Under the pieces are notes generated by a model. It made no database searches. It was not told the origin of the DNA and saw only the letters and a list, made by a program, of their open reading frames with translations. A DNA stretch of 57,906 bases from Bryobacterales bacterium (GTDB taxonomy: Bacteria > Acidobacteriota > Terriglobia > Bryobacterales > Bryobacteraceae): the NCBI GenBank assembly GCA_003167275.1, contig PMTT01000542.1, positions 1-57,906 on the forward strand. The letters run 5' to 3'. A program made the position numbers and the translations under genes. Shown in pieces: positions 27,659-36,779 of the stretch. Position 1 is the stretch's first letter, and each line of letters begins with the position of its first letter.

Positions 27659-28408
27659 ATGAATCGGATCTACCTGCTGATAGTTCTGCCAATGCTGCTT
27701 ACCTTCACGCTCAGAGCCGACACGATCGAACTCAAAACCGGCGAGCGAATCGACGGGGTCTTCAAGCAAGCCACCGCGGCCGGCGCTGTGATCGAAGTCG
27801 GCGGTCAAGCCATCACGATCGCTTTGGAGAAAGTGAGGGCGATCTACTTTGGGGCCGCCCCTTCCGCCACGGTAACCGGACCGGCTCCGGCGCTGGAAGC
27901 GCTTGACGCGCTTAAGGCACTTAGGTCAGTAACGAATAGCGGAATTACCTACCGTGACTACTCCCAACGGGTGTTGGACGCCAGGGTGAAGGTCGACCGA
28001 TACCTCTCCTCGCAGGGAAGTGTGGGGATCGAACTGCGCAGCGCGGTTCGAGTGTCCATGCTGGAATATGAATTGGCCTCTCAGGCATGGATAACCAAGA
28101 CTGACCCCCCAGCGAATGCAAGCCTATGGAAGTCGATGGGGGTTGCGATGCAAGATCTAGACGTCGCGAAGTGTCCCGTAGTGAAGGCGGCGACCGAGAT
28201 GAACGACAACCCTCCGGCGCCAGCGCCGAGTCGCAAGCGACCCCCTCCCGTCCGCTCAAGTTCAATGGATCGCTCGGAAGGTCTTGGCCTGACGTTGGCC
28301 ATCGCAGAGCGATCCCAATACTGGTCGTTGGGAAGTGTCACTTCGGGCATCTGGGCATGCGCTTCCGCGGAGCTCGCCGAGGCTGAACGTTTGGCTGCCC
28401 AGCACTAG
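27659..28408 (+). CDS. hypothetical secreted protein
   Basis: Signal peptide MNRIYLLIVLPMLLTFTLRA. No domain recognised. Confidence 0.55.
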   Translation: MNRIYLLIVLPMLLTFTLRADTIELKTGERIDGVFKQATAAGAVIEVGGQAITIALEKVRAIYFGAAPSATVTGPAPALEALDALKALRSVTNSGITYRDYSQRVLDARVKVDRYLSSQGSVGIELRSAVRVSMLEYELASQAWITKTDPPANASLWKSMGVAMQDLDVAKCPVVKAATEMNDNPPAPAPSRKRPPPVRSSSMDRSEGLGLTLAIAERSQYWSLGSVTSGIWACASAELAEAERLAAQH

Positions 28409-28511
28409 CCGCTCTGGAGAAGCTCATGTCCTGTCAGCAATGCGGTAAAAGAGATCTTGGAGTCGGACCGATTCTGTTTGGATATTCTTGCAACGCCAAA
28501 GGAGTTCTTGC

Positions 28512-30707
28512 ATGCTGCGACACGAATGCGTTCTTGTTTGTTTTCTGCTCGTAATCGGAGTGCCTGCCGCCAGCGCGCAGTGTTACACGTTTTCGAGCGG
28601 TTCGGCGGCGAGCTTAACCGTTAACATCACCCACCTTCCGCCTCCGACCCAATCGACGGTCGTTCCATGGATATATGACTACTCTTCTGATTCTGGGTTG
28701 GTTGCGGCTGTCAGTCTAAAGGTCGGCCAGACGGTGTATACTCCTGACCCAACGTCCGTTGCTCCCTTGATCGATGTGTCAGTTGGAGACGATCTCAGCT
28801 CCAGTTTCTCCTCAATGGACTTCAACGTGGCCTTTTCCAGCCCGAACTACATCATCGCTGGCGGCCTAGCGTCGGCATACTGGAACGGAAATTATTTTCC
28901 GAACGGCAGTTTGCCAGCTACGCTCCCTTCGCTCTCCAGTGCCCAAGATCCAATTTTGATCGTCAACGTGATCGGTCCATCCGGCGTGATCGTTGACCAG
29001 ACGTATGCGCTGACCTCGGTCACGAGTTGTTCGACTACGCCTCCCCCGCGGAGCCCGTCCCGGATTACCTCCGCGGGTGGATCATTCCAATCGGCAGTCG
29101 TCGGCACCACCTTCGCCTCTCCATTGCAAGCCACGGTTACGGACTCGTCCGGCAATCCCATCAGCGGCGTGACTGTGACGTTCACTGCACCTTTCAGCGG
29201 CGCCAGCGTCACCTTGTCAAGCGGCTCGGCCATTACCAACGCAATTGGTGTCGCGAGCGTTTCGGCAACGGCAAATAACGTGGCGGGCGGCTACTTCATT
29301 ACGGCCACTGTAGGAGCGCTTTCAACGTCGTTCTCGCTGACAAACCTACCTGTTTCGGGGCTTCCCCTCGGTGGCGATCTTGCACAGGGCCAGTTCGCCA
29401 CACAAAGCAGTACCCTGCCAGGTACGCCGCCCGCGAGCGCCGCCGTTGATGGCAACACTGACGGGGCTTTCTTCGATGGATCAGTCACGGCAACGAGCTT
29501 CGAAGCCAACCCCTGGTGGGAGGTGGACCTCGGCTCGCCCCTCGCCATCAGTTCGATTGCGGTCTGGAACCGGACCGATTGCTGCGGCTCCCGGCTCGAC
29601 GACTATTGGGTCTTCGTTTCCAATACGCCGTTTCTGAACACGGATACGCCCGCGATTCTTCAATTCCGGCCTGGAACGTTCGCCAGCCACCAGACCACGG
29701 TGCCAAGCCCTTCCGCGACAATCGCCCTGGGGGTGCAGGGCCGTTACGTGCGAATTCAGCTCAACAATCCCAATTACCTGAGCCTGGCTGAGGTGCAGGT
29801 ATTCGGTGGTGTCAATCTTGGGCAAGGGAAGACCGCGACGCAGAGCAGCACCCTTCCCGGCACACCGGGAGCCGGCGCGGCCGTAGATGGGAACACGGAC
29901 GGCAGCTTTTCCGATGGATCAGTTACGGCCACGAACTTTGACGCCACTCCTTGGTGGCAAGTGGACCTAGGCACTTCCGCCTCTATCAGTTCGATTGTCG
30001 TCTGGAACCGAACAGATTGTTGCGTCGGTCGGCTTAGCGACTATTGGGTGTTTGTTTCCGACACGCCGTTTCTCCCGACCGATAACCCGGCCACGCTACA
30101 GTTCCGTCCGGGGACCTTTGCAAGTCGCGAGACCAGTGCACCTAATCCGTCAACCGCAATTGCGGTTGGAGGGCAAGGGCGTTACGTCCGGGTGCAGTTG
30201 AACACCTCGAACTATCTGAGCCTTGCCGAAGTGCAGGTGGTCGGGATCATGAATGCGTCAAGTAGCAATGACATCGCATTGGGTAAATCTGCGAACCAGA
30301 GCAGCACGCTCCCCGGCACACCGCCAGCCGGAGTAGCCGTGGACGGCAATATCGATGGCAACTTCTTCGACGGCTCTGTTACGGCCACGAACATCGAGTC
30401 CAATCCGTGGTGGCAAGTTGATCTGGGTGCTTCACAAACCGTGAACTCGGTTATGATCTGGAATCGGACGGACTGTTGCAGCTCGCGTTTGGGCGACTAT
30501 TGGGTTTTCGTCTCGAACACACCGTTCCTCGATACGGATACACCTTTGACGCTGGCTTTCAGGCCGGGTACAGCGAGCAGTCATCAAACGGCCGCTCCCA
30601 ACCGGTCCGTGAGCATTCCGTTCGGCATACCCGGGCGTTACATTCGCGTGCAGTTGAACGGCCGCGACTACCTCAGCTTGGCTGAGGTGCAGGTGTCCGG
30701 ACAGTAG
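28512..30707 (+). CDS. secreted protein: Ig-like (Big_1-like) domain plus three tandem F-type-lectin/discoidin-like (galactose-binding-like) domains
   Basis: RBS AAGGAG precedes ATG 28512 and the signal peptide is CFLLVIGVPAASA. The block ATQSSTLPGTP..AAVDGN.DG.F.DGSVTAT....PWW.VDLG...I..I.VWNRTDCC..RL.DYWVFVS.TPF...RY.R.QLN...YLSLAEVQV occurs three times. Confidence 0.8.
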   Translation: MLRHECVLVCFLLVIGVPAASAQCYTFSSGSAASLTVNITHLPPPTQSTVVPWIYDYSSDSGLVAAVSLKVGQTVYTPDPTSVAPLIDVSVGDDLSSSFSSMDFNVAFSSPNYIIAGGLASAYWNGNYFPNGSLPATLPSLSSAQDPILIVNVIGPSGVIVDQTYALTSVTSCSTTPPPRSPSRITSAGGSFQSAVVGTTFASPLQATVTDSSGNPISGVTVTFTAPFSGASVTLSSGSAITNAIGVASVSATANNVAGGYFITATVGALSTSFSLTNLPVSGLPLGGDLAQGQFATQSSTLPGTPPASAAVDGNTDGAFFDGSVTATSFEANPWWEVDLGSPLAISSIAVWNRTDCCGSRLDDYWVFVSNTPFLNTDTPAILQFRPGTFASHQTTVPSPSATIALGVQGRYVRIQLNNPNYLSLAEVQVFGGVNLGQGKTATQSSTLPGTPGAGAAVDGNTDGSFSDGSVTATNFDATPWWQVDLGTSASISSIVVWNRTDCCVGRLSDYWVFVSDTPFLPTDNPATLQFRPGTFASRETSAPNPSTAIAVGGQGRYVRVQLNTSNYLSLAEVQVVGIMNASSSNDIALGKSANQSSTLPGTPPAGVAVDGNIDGNFFDGSVTATNIESNPWWQVDLGASQTVNSVMIWNRTDCCSSRLGDYWVFVSNTPFLDTDTPLTLAFRPGTASSHQTAAPNRSVSIPFGIPGRYIRVQLNGRDYLSLAEVQVSGQ

Positions 30708-30753
30708 CGGCGTGGTGTAGCCGGCACGCCGCAAGCGAGTCTGAGAACCGCGG

Positions 30754-31671
30754 CTACACTCGCAACTTGATCCCGTCGTTGGGCGCGTGGACCAGATCCT
30801 GCTTTGTGCCCAAATAGCGCTCGGTCGTTTGAACCGACGCGTGGCCCAGGAGCAACTGGATCTGCCCCAGTTCTCCGCCGGCCGCCCGACACAACTTCGC
30901 GAAGCTGCGCCTCAAATCGTGGGGGGCAATTCCGGGAACACCAGCGGCCGCCGCATACGGCCGCAAGAGCTGCCAGATGACCTTCTCGGACAAGCGGTCG
31001 CCGCAGACCTCGTCCCCGCGGTTGATGGGGCGGAGTACGTAACCCTCCACGATCCCGGCCGCCGCTGTCCAGGCGTCGATGGCGACCTTTACCCAGGTCG
31101 GCACCGGAATCGTGCGCACCCGCCCGTGCTTTCCGACGAGGTCTACGACGCACCAGCGGTTGTCCCGTTGCTGGATGTGCCTCATCGTCAGGGCGGCCAC
31201 CTCAGACCGTCGAAGCCCGCAGCCCAGGAGGATGGCTAGCATCGCTCGGTCACGCAGTCCCTTCTTGGTGGCGATGTCCGGCGCGCTCAGGAGTCGTTGG
31301 GCCTGTTCCAGGGATAACCAGTTGCCGACCCTTATGCCCTTCGACGCGACGCCCTTTACGCGCGTGATGCCGGCGGCCAGTTCCGGCGCCAGCAACCCGT
31401 TGTCAGCCGCCTCGATCGCGAGCTTCCGGACGGCGGTGATCCGGACGTTGATCGAGACGGACCCGAGCCCGCGGCTCTCAAGGACGACGCGCCAAGCGTT
31501 CACGGCCGCCTTCGTGAAGCCTGGCCGAGCTTCCTGGCCGAACCAGGAAATAAACTCGTCCAGGCCGAGGTTGTAGACCCTTCGGGTAATCGGGGAGGAA
31601 ACGCTGTCAAGGACCAACGCCTTCAGCCGGTGGAATTCGTTGTTCTGTGGAACCACAATCAAATCAGTCAT
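30754..31671 (-). CDS. XerC/XerD-like tyrosine recombinase
   Basis: 305 aa. Motifs are GCGLRRSEVAAL (Arg), APHDLRRSFAKL (HxxR) and LLGHASVQTTERYL (His...Tyr). dif-like site 1 lies directly upstream of its RBS. Confidence 0.9.
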   Translation of the reverse strand: MTDLIVVPQNNEFHRLKALVLDSVSSPITRRVYNLGLDEFISWFGQEARPGFTKAAVNAWRVVLESRGLGSVSINVRITAVRKLAIEAADNGLLAPELAAGITRVKGVASKGIRVGNWLSLEQAQRLLSAPDIATKKGLRDRAMLAILLGCGLRRSEVAALTMRHIQQRDNRWCVVDLVGKHGRVRTIPVPTWVKVAIDAWTAAAGIVEGYVLRPINRGDEVCGDRLSEKVIWQLLRPYAAAAGVPGIAPHDLRRSFAKLCRAAGGELGQIQLLLGHASVQTTERYLGTKQDLVHAPNDGIKLRV

Positions 31672-31680
31672 TTAGGTCCT

Positions 31681-31702
31681 CTTAATGGGCATTATCGGTA
31701 GC
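31681..31702 (+). repeat. dif-like site copy 1: CTTAA-TGGGCA-TTATCGGTAGC
   Basis: Read directly. It starts 10 nt upstream of the recombinase ATG (31671) and overlaps the RBS region. Confidence 0.7.
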
Positions 31703-31946
31703 TACGTCATGTGGACACTACCTCGGAGCCGCGGGGTACATCAAGTCAATAGTCGCAGACCGGTGCTCCCGGAACAGAGCTCCCAAAACGACGGGTCGTG
31801 AGGGGAATGACCGATTACTGGTGGGCTGTTCTCGCCAGGAATTGACTCGCGGCTGGATCGGCGCTCTGTCCGAGTCGCGCGTAACCCAGCCAGAACTGCG
31901 TTGGTCGAGGTCGACGAGCGGCCCTTGCATAGAGCTTATCCGAGAC

Positions 31947-31990
31947 GTGGGCGCGGAGGGACTCGAACCCCGGACCTCCTGCGTGTGAAA
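31947..31990 (-). repeat. decayed tRNA 3'-half-like segment (anticodon loop to acceptor; Val-CAC-like)
   Basis: The reverse complement is CTTTCACACGCAGGAGGTCCGGGGTTCGAGTCCCTCCGCGCCCA. The T-loop TTCGAGT and acceptor 3' strand are present, but there is no matching 5' half or D-arm and the T-stem is imperfect. Confidence 0.6.
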
Positions 31991-32374
31991 GAGCGGCGTC
32001 GTCTCCAACGGCTCTTTTGGTTCTTACCTTCTGCTGTTGCTTCCAATGATCTGAAGCACCTGCTGTTGCCGGACGAATAAAGCTAATGCCCCCAACGATC
32101 CGGATTTTTGCACAGTTCTGACACGGTCCGAGAGCGGCAATCAATGCCGTTAAGCGGAGCGGGGAGTCCGGCCTTGTAGAGGGCATCGAACTATCGATAA
32201 TGTGGAGGAACCGGAGAGCCCGCGTCGGACAAGCCAGCGTGGGGTCCATGGACTTCCTTCTTTTTGCGCGTTAGCGGGCATCGAACAATACCGTGGGTAT
32301 TCCCGACGGCGGCAGATAGCCGGGTTGGGCTTTGAGATAACATCATTGATAGGCTTGGTCTAAAGAAACGGTGC

Positions 32375-33268
32375 ATGCTGACGCGGCATCCGCCGGAGGC
32401 GAATGGTGTGAACCTTAAATCCCTGTTGCGAGAATCGGACGAGATGACCGTTCAGCAGTGGCAGGCGTTTTTTCACGGGGTGTATGGTGCCCGAAATGAA
32501 GAACGCTTCCCGGCAGAATACGGCCTTTCGCGGATGTGGTTGCATTTGGTACAAGATATGGCGGCGCTGGCAAAGGGTATTCGCAAAAATGACGTCGCCC
32601 GGATGCTTCGGATGCTGCCACGCCTGTTTTGCTGGCTCTGCGGTTTTTGCACGAAGGCTGGATTTGAACTCGAAGAAATCGTGTGGCACTTCTTCCCGTA
32701 TGTCTGCCCAACATGTTGGAGTCCGACGTGTGCGTGCGGCGCCAACAAGAGGGTGTTTAGAGACGCGCCCCAGAAGGACGAAAAGACCTTGGCCGAGTTT
32801 AGGGAGGCGAACGCCGAGAAACGGCCTTCGACGCTTGATGGATTCGTCGTTATGTTTGCAGATGTGTATGGAAACCACTCCGAGTCGGGGAATCTGACCG
32901 ATGTCTACCTGCATTTCAGCGAGGAGGTTGGAGAAGTCGCCGAATGGATCAGAGTCGTCGAGAGCCTGAGTGATGGTCGGTCAGAAGCTCAGCAAGGTCT
33001 TACTTCAGAACTTGCCGACGTGTTTTCCTGGATGTGCAAATTGTGTTGGCGGATTAACTGCAATCTGCAAGGCTTCGGACCTTGGGCGGAGCACCAGTTC
33101 GGTAACGCGATTGATCAACGGCGGTTTGAAATTCGCTTTGCAGCCATTACCTCCCTGCAGTATGGTAATGGCTGCCCGGGTTGTGGACAGGCCGTTTGCG
33201 CAAGACAGTGCGAGGGATGGGACACTCGTTTGGCTAAGGCCAGCCATCAGGGCGGGGTGGTGGATTGA
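32375..33268 (+). CDS. tandem MazG-like (all-alpha NTP pyrophosphohydrolase) protein, each half followed by a Cys cluster
   Basis: The second half has the MazG signature LHFSEEVGEVAEWIR ... LTSELADVFSWMCKL. The first half aligns (LHLVQDMAALAKGIR) but lacks the acidic residues. The Cys clusters are CPTCWSPTCAC and CPGCGQAVCARQC. The start could instead be the downstream MTVQQW. Confidence 0.65.
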   Translation: MLTRHPPEANGVNLKSLLRESDEMTVQQWQAFFHGVYGARNEERFPAEYGLSRMWLHLVQDMAALAKGIRKNDVARMLRMLPRLFCWLCGFCTKAGFELEEIVWHFFPYVCPTCWSPTCACGANKRVFRDAPQKDEKTLAEFREANAEKRPSTLDGFVVMFADVYGNHSESGNLTDVYLHFSEEVGEVAEWIRVVESLSDGRSEAQQGLTSELADVFSWMCKLCWRINCNLQGFGPWAEHQFGNAIDQRRFEIRFAAITSLQYGNGCPGCGQAVCARQCEGWDTRLAKASHQGGVVD

Positions 33269-33320
33269 CGGGAACGTGAACAAATCAGCGAAGCTCTTTT
33301 CGCGCCTTTCTCCGACCAAT

Positions 33321-35576
33321 TCATAGGAATAGTGCCAATTGTTTTGGGCGCAGATCCACGTCGTTTTCTAATTCCAAAAGATCACTCGCTGCTTTCGCGA
33401 CGCGACCCATGCGGTTGAGGTCCATGTCTGGCGCGACAAAGACGTAACAAGTCCATAGGTTCATGTGAGCAGAATAGATCCGGCGGTACTGCTCTTCGTC
33501 TCGGTGAATTCTCGTAGTGATTGGATCAACACCCACGTATTGGCGAATTCGTTGTAGCCCTGGAGCTCTTGCCGCACAATAGAAGATCAGGTCGTCAGCG
33601 TGGACTCCGGCCTTGCCAGCGATCTCATTTTCAATTTTTGCGCGACCAGCCAGAGTGAACCATCCCTTCCCAGTTAGAAGTGTCAGTCGGTCCTGATAGT
33701 GGCTCCGATCAGGCTCACTTTCTCGCAACACGGGCGCAGCGAAGCTCTGCTTCCACACGTCTCTGCCGTTTGTACCAACAACCATCTCCACTAGTTTCTT
33801 CGCCAGCGGTCGTCCTGAGTTCCGCAAGAAATCCAGCAGGTCAATGTCGCCCATCGACTCGACCATTGGCTCAGTAAGTCGCGGCTTTCGTTTCGTCGAG
33901 AGAACATTGTAGACCGCTTTGCCGATCATGGCTCCGGCGGCGACTTTGACCGGATGGGCATACACTTTCAAGAACAGTGCAAATCGTTCGCGGAGAATCG
34001 ACTCGATCGCGAATTTGGCATCCACACGCACGCCGTGATGACCATACAACTCAGCGCGAACATCAGTGCGTTGGATGCTAAACTTCCTGTAAATCGCCGA
34101 GTCAATTCCATGATCGAGGCCACAATAGTAGGCGTCGCGATCAACGTAATCAAGAATATCGGCCCCGCAAGGCCCCTCTACGAGTTGAGAGATCCACGCT
34201 TGCTTCTCTGAATTGGGCTGCTTGTCAAAATGGGCCAATACGGCCAAGCCGACTTGACTCGAAGCGAGTAGCCGACCCAGCATGGATTGTGGCGATAGAA
34301 GGAGCCGTTCAATGCGCTCCTCATTTTCGTCGTGCCTCTTGAAAATACTCATCTCGTCCTCAAGCGCGTGCCCGTACGGAATGTGTGTCACGTCGTGCAA
34401 AAGGGCGTATGCCCTGACCACCTGCCGTTCATGACTGCCAAAGTGGGTGCCTGTTCTTTCCGAAAAGCGTCGCACGATCTCGCTGGCAACGTGCATTGTC
34501 CCGACGGCGTGACTGAAGCGCGTATGCTCCGCGCCCGGGTATACGAGGTGTGAAGTTCCAAGCTGCCGTATCCATCGCAGGCGCTGAAATTCCGGCGTGT
34601 CCATTAAGTCCCATTCAAAGTCGCTCATCGTTATGTCTGAATGAACTGGATCGCGGACGACGTGTGGAAAGTAGCCTCCTAAACTGTGTGGCATATCGGT
34701 GCCGTCGCTCAAAGGTTCCATTCTTGCCTTTACCTCTCTTAACTCCACGAGCGCCTGCCGGGCGGAAGGCCGCTTCGTATCATCCAGTTCAAGGAGCGCC
34801 CGGAAGAATTCGGATACGTCCCTCCTCACTTTATTATTGAGCTGCTGAATCGTAGGCGGTGTCACGGCCAGCATAAGATCGGTGAACTTGCCATCGTCCG
34901 CGTCGGCCGCGTAGTCCCATGGGAAAAAATTTGTCAGGAGAAGATACCCCAACACACCTACGGCAAACACGTCATGCACGGGTATCGCCTCGCCCGGATA
35001 CCTCAACTTAGTTGGCGGACTAAACTTGGAAGAGCCGGCACCGAAAAACGTTTCGGCATCTGCTGGTTGGCCGCGTCCTTTGCACATTCCGAAGTCGACC
35101 AGGGTCACCGCAGGCATTGTGTCAAACTCATTTCCGACCAATATATTCGCGTCTTTCACATCGCGATGGCAGATCTGGGCTTCGTGGATATGCGACAGTG
35201 CGTCCAGAACCGCCTCGGCGATGTGGAGCATTCTCATCTGGCCGATAGTGTCAAATTGTTTCCGCTGCCGCCCGACCGCCACACGCAGGTTTTCCCCCTC
35301 AGCGAAACTCATGGCGATGTACGGCCGTTCTTCGAGTTTGCCAGCCCCTATAAATCTTGGAATTGATCGAAGGTTTAGTGGCGACAGGCGCTCTAGTGCC
35401 CATCCTTCATTTTCGAACCGCTGTGGGCCGAAGGCTTCACTGTCAGCACGCAGCCACTTCACGGCGAGCTTTTCGCCGGCCAAGTCCTCGACAAGGTACG
35501 TGTGGGCGTATGAACCGCTGCCCAAGAGCCGCAGTACTCGAAAGTTGTCGAACTTCGTAGGTTCTGGCGGGTTCAA
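33321..35576 (-). CDS. fusion protein: N-terminal Ser/Thr protein kinase + C-terminal SAMHD1-type HD-domain dNTP triphosphohydrolase-like domain
   Basis: Kinase motifs are LGSGSYAHTY, LAVKWL, CHRDVKDANILV and LVDFGMC. HD motifs are VRDPVHSDI...DTPEFQRLRWIRQLG..HLVYPGAEHTRFSHAVG, ALLHDVTHIPYGHALE and DILDYVDRDAYYCGL. This block order characterises SAMHD1/COG1078 enzymes. Confidence 0.85.
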   Translation of the reverse strand: MNPPEPTKFDNFRVLRLLGSGSYAHTYLVEDLAGEKLAVKWLRADSEAFGPQRFENEGWALERLSPLNLRSIPRFIGAGKLEERPYIAMSFAEGENLRVAVGRQRKQFDTIGQMRMLHIAEAVLDALSHIHEAQICHRDVKDANILVGNEFDTMPAVTLVDFGMCKGRGQPADAETFFGAGSSKFSPPTKLRYPGEAIPVHDVFAVGVLGYLLLTNFFPWDYAADADDGKFTDLMLAVTPPTIQQLNNKVRRDVSEFFRALLELDDTKRPSARQALVELREVKARMEPLSDGTDMPHSLGGYFPHVVRDPVHSDITMSDFEWDLMDTPEFQRLRWIRQLGTSHLVYPGAEHTRFSHAVGTMHVASEIVRRFSERTGTHFGSHERQVVRAYALLHDVTHIPYGHALEDEMSIFKRHDENEERIERLLLSPQSMLGRLLASSQVGLAVLAHFDKQPNSEKQAWISQLVEGPCGADILDYVDRDAYYCGLDHGIDSAIYRKFSIQRTDVRAELYGHHGVRVDAKFAIESILRERFALFLKVYAHPVKVAAGAMIGKAVYNVLSTKRKPRLTEPMVESMGDIDLLDFLRNSGRPLAKKLVEMVVGTNGRDVWKQSFAAPVLRESEPDRSHYQDRLTLLTGKGWFTLAGRAKIENEIAGKAGVHADDLIFYCAARAPGLQRIRQYVGVDPITTRIHRDEEQYRRIYSAHMNLWTCYVFVAPDMDLNRMGRVAKAASDLLELENDVDLRPKQLALFL

Positions 35577-35775
35577 TCGCTAATCTCCGGGCAGCAAACG
35601 CTGGCGAGGTCATGGTATATCCGACGCATCAGGCGTGAATACCCAGTTCAGCCCTCAATACCTATTGTGGCACGCCCGAGATCCTAGCCGCGATTCGGCA
35701 GTTGGCACTGCCGACTATGGATGATGGCCCCGTGGGCCTTTAGAAGCTCCCTAGCGGTCTCTTAGCCCTAGCGAT

Positions 35776-36255
35776 ATGATGAATCATCAGGAGGCAGGTT
35801 TGACACTGTACTGGGCAGGACCCTTATTTACACAGGCAGAAAGAATATGGAATCGCCGGTGTGCGAGCGCTCTGCGCCAGATGGGATATTCAGTTCTGCT
35901 GCCGCAAGAGGAAGCCATTCGATTCACGAATCCCGAGGGGTTCGATGCGAAGGGGATTGCCGAGCTCTGCTACCTGCAAGCTCTAGAGTGTGACGTCATG
36001 GTCGTGGTGCTCGACGGTGCAGACAGCGATAGTGGCGCTAGTTTGGAAGCTGGCATCAAGATCGGCCATAAGCGAGCATCGAATGTCGCGGGTATGATTA
36101 TCGGTCTTCGGACGGACTTCCGCGCATCGGAAGACGGGCAGCTCAACGCGATGTTCAGGTTGCTTGACAGGGTTGTCTATTTCCCGTCGTTCAATGAAGA
36201 CCCCGAGGCGCTTTGCGGGATGCTTCACCAAGCCATCCTCAGCTTGACGAAATGA
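35776..36255 (+). CDS. nucleoside 2-deoxyribosyltransferase-like (NDT/Rcl-DNPH1 superfamily) protein
   Basis: LTLYWAGPLFTQAERIWN is the hallmark N-terminal motif. The candidate catalytic Glu lies in DVMVVVLDGADSDSGASLEAGIKIG. Confidence 0.75.
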   Translation: MMNHQEAGLTLYWAGPLFTQAERIWNRRCASALRQMGYSVLLPQEEAIRFTNPEGFDAKGIAELCYLQALECDVMVVVLDGADSDSGASLEAGIKIGHKRASNVAGMIIGLRTDFRASEDGQLNAMFRLLDRVVYFPSFNEDPEALCGMLHQAILSLTK

Positions 36256-36383
36256 CGGATCTAACCTTACGACAGGTTTTGACACAGTCCAGCCGAACTG
36301 AAGGGGTTTTGGCGCAGTTTGTGTGAAAGCTTGAACCGCAGCCGGCCGATTAATCTAATAAACTATTTAGAATCAAGTGAAGA

Positions 36384-36428
36384 TGGTGGGCGCGGCAGGA
36401 CTCGAGCCTGCGACCTCCTGCGTGTGAA
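36384..36428 (-). repeat. tRNA 3'-half-like segment ending in CCA (Val-CAC-like), imperfect direct repeat of 31947-31990
   Basis: The reverse complement is TTCACACGCAGGAGGTCGCAGGCTCGAGTCCTGCCGCGCCCACCA. The T-stem GCAGG/CCTGC is perfect but the T-loop is CTC rather than TTC, and no 5' half is present. Confidence 0.65.
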
Positions 36429-36757
36429 CCAGACGTTCGAACTTAAGGTCAGCCCTGAACGGCGGGCATTCAAGCGTGCCGGGCGCGGTAGCGGTCGTAC
36501 CACCTGAGGCGAATTGGACGAGCCTCAGATAGTTGAAAGAGCTAAATCGCATCAAGAACTAGGCACCAGACAAGACGGCGGTTCTGGGACGCGTGAATAG
36601 CGCTTTGAGTGGATCGTCGGCCACTCGGAGAATGGTCCCAGCGGAAGGCCGGGCCCGCGAGTCGCCATTCCTGGCGAGAAATCCCCTTGCCGCCAGCAAA
36701 TCACAAGCGCACGCATCGTGCCGGGCCAACCGTCCCGTACCGAGCACACTGCACCTT

Positions 36758-36779
36758 GATATCCGTCAATATCGGTAGC
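36758..36779 (+). repeat. dif-like site copy 2: GATAT-CCGTCA-ATATCGGTAGC
   Basis: Read directly in a region with no convincing CDS. Confidence 0.7.

Noticed and set aside
29370-30707. ~440-bp tandem DNA repeats considered as a satellite or CRISPR-like array
   Set aside because: The period is far too long. The repeats are in frame and encode three copies of a lectin-like domain within one ORF, and there is no spacer-repeat structure.
31947-31990. Possible functional tRNA genes at 31947-31990 and 36384-36428
   Set aside because: Only the 3' halves are present. There is no complementary acceptor 5' strand, D-arm or anticodon-stem 5' strand. The T-stem (first copy) or T-loop (second copy) is defective.
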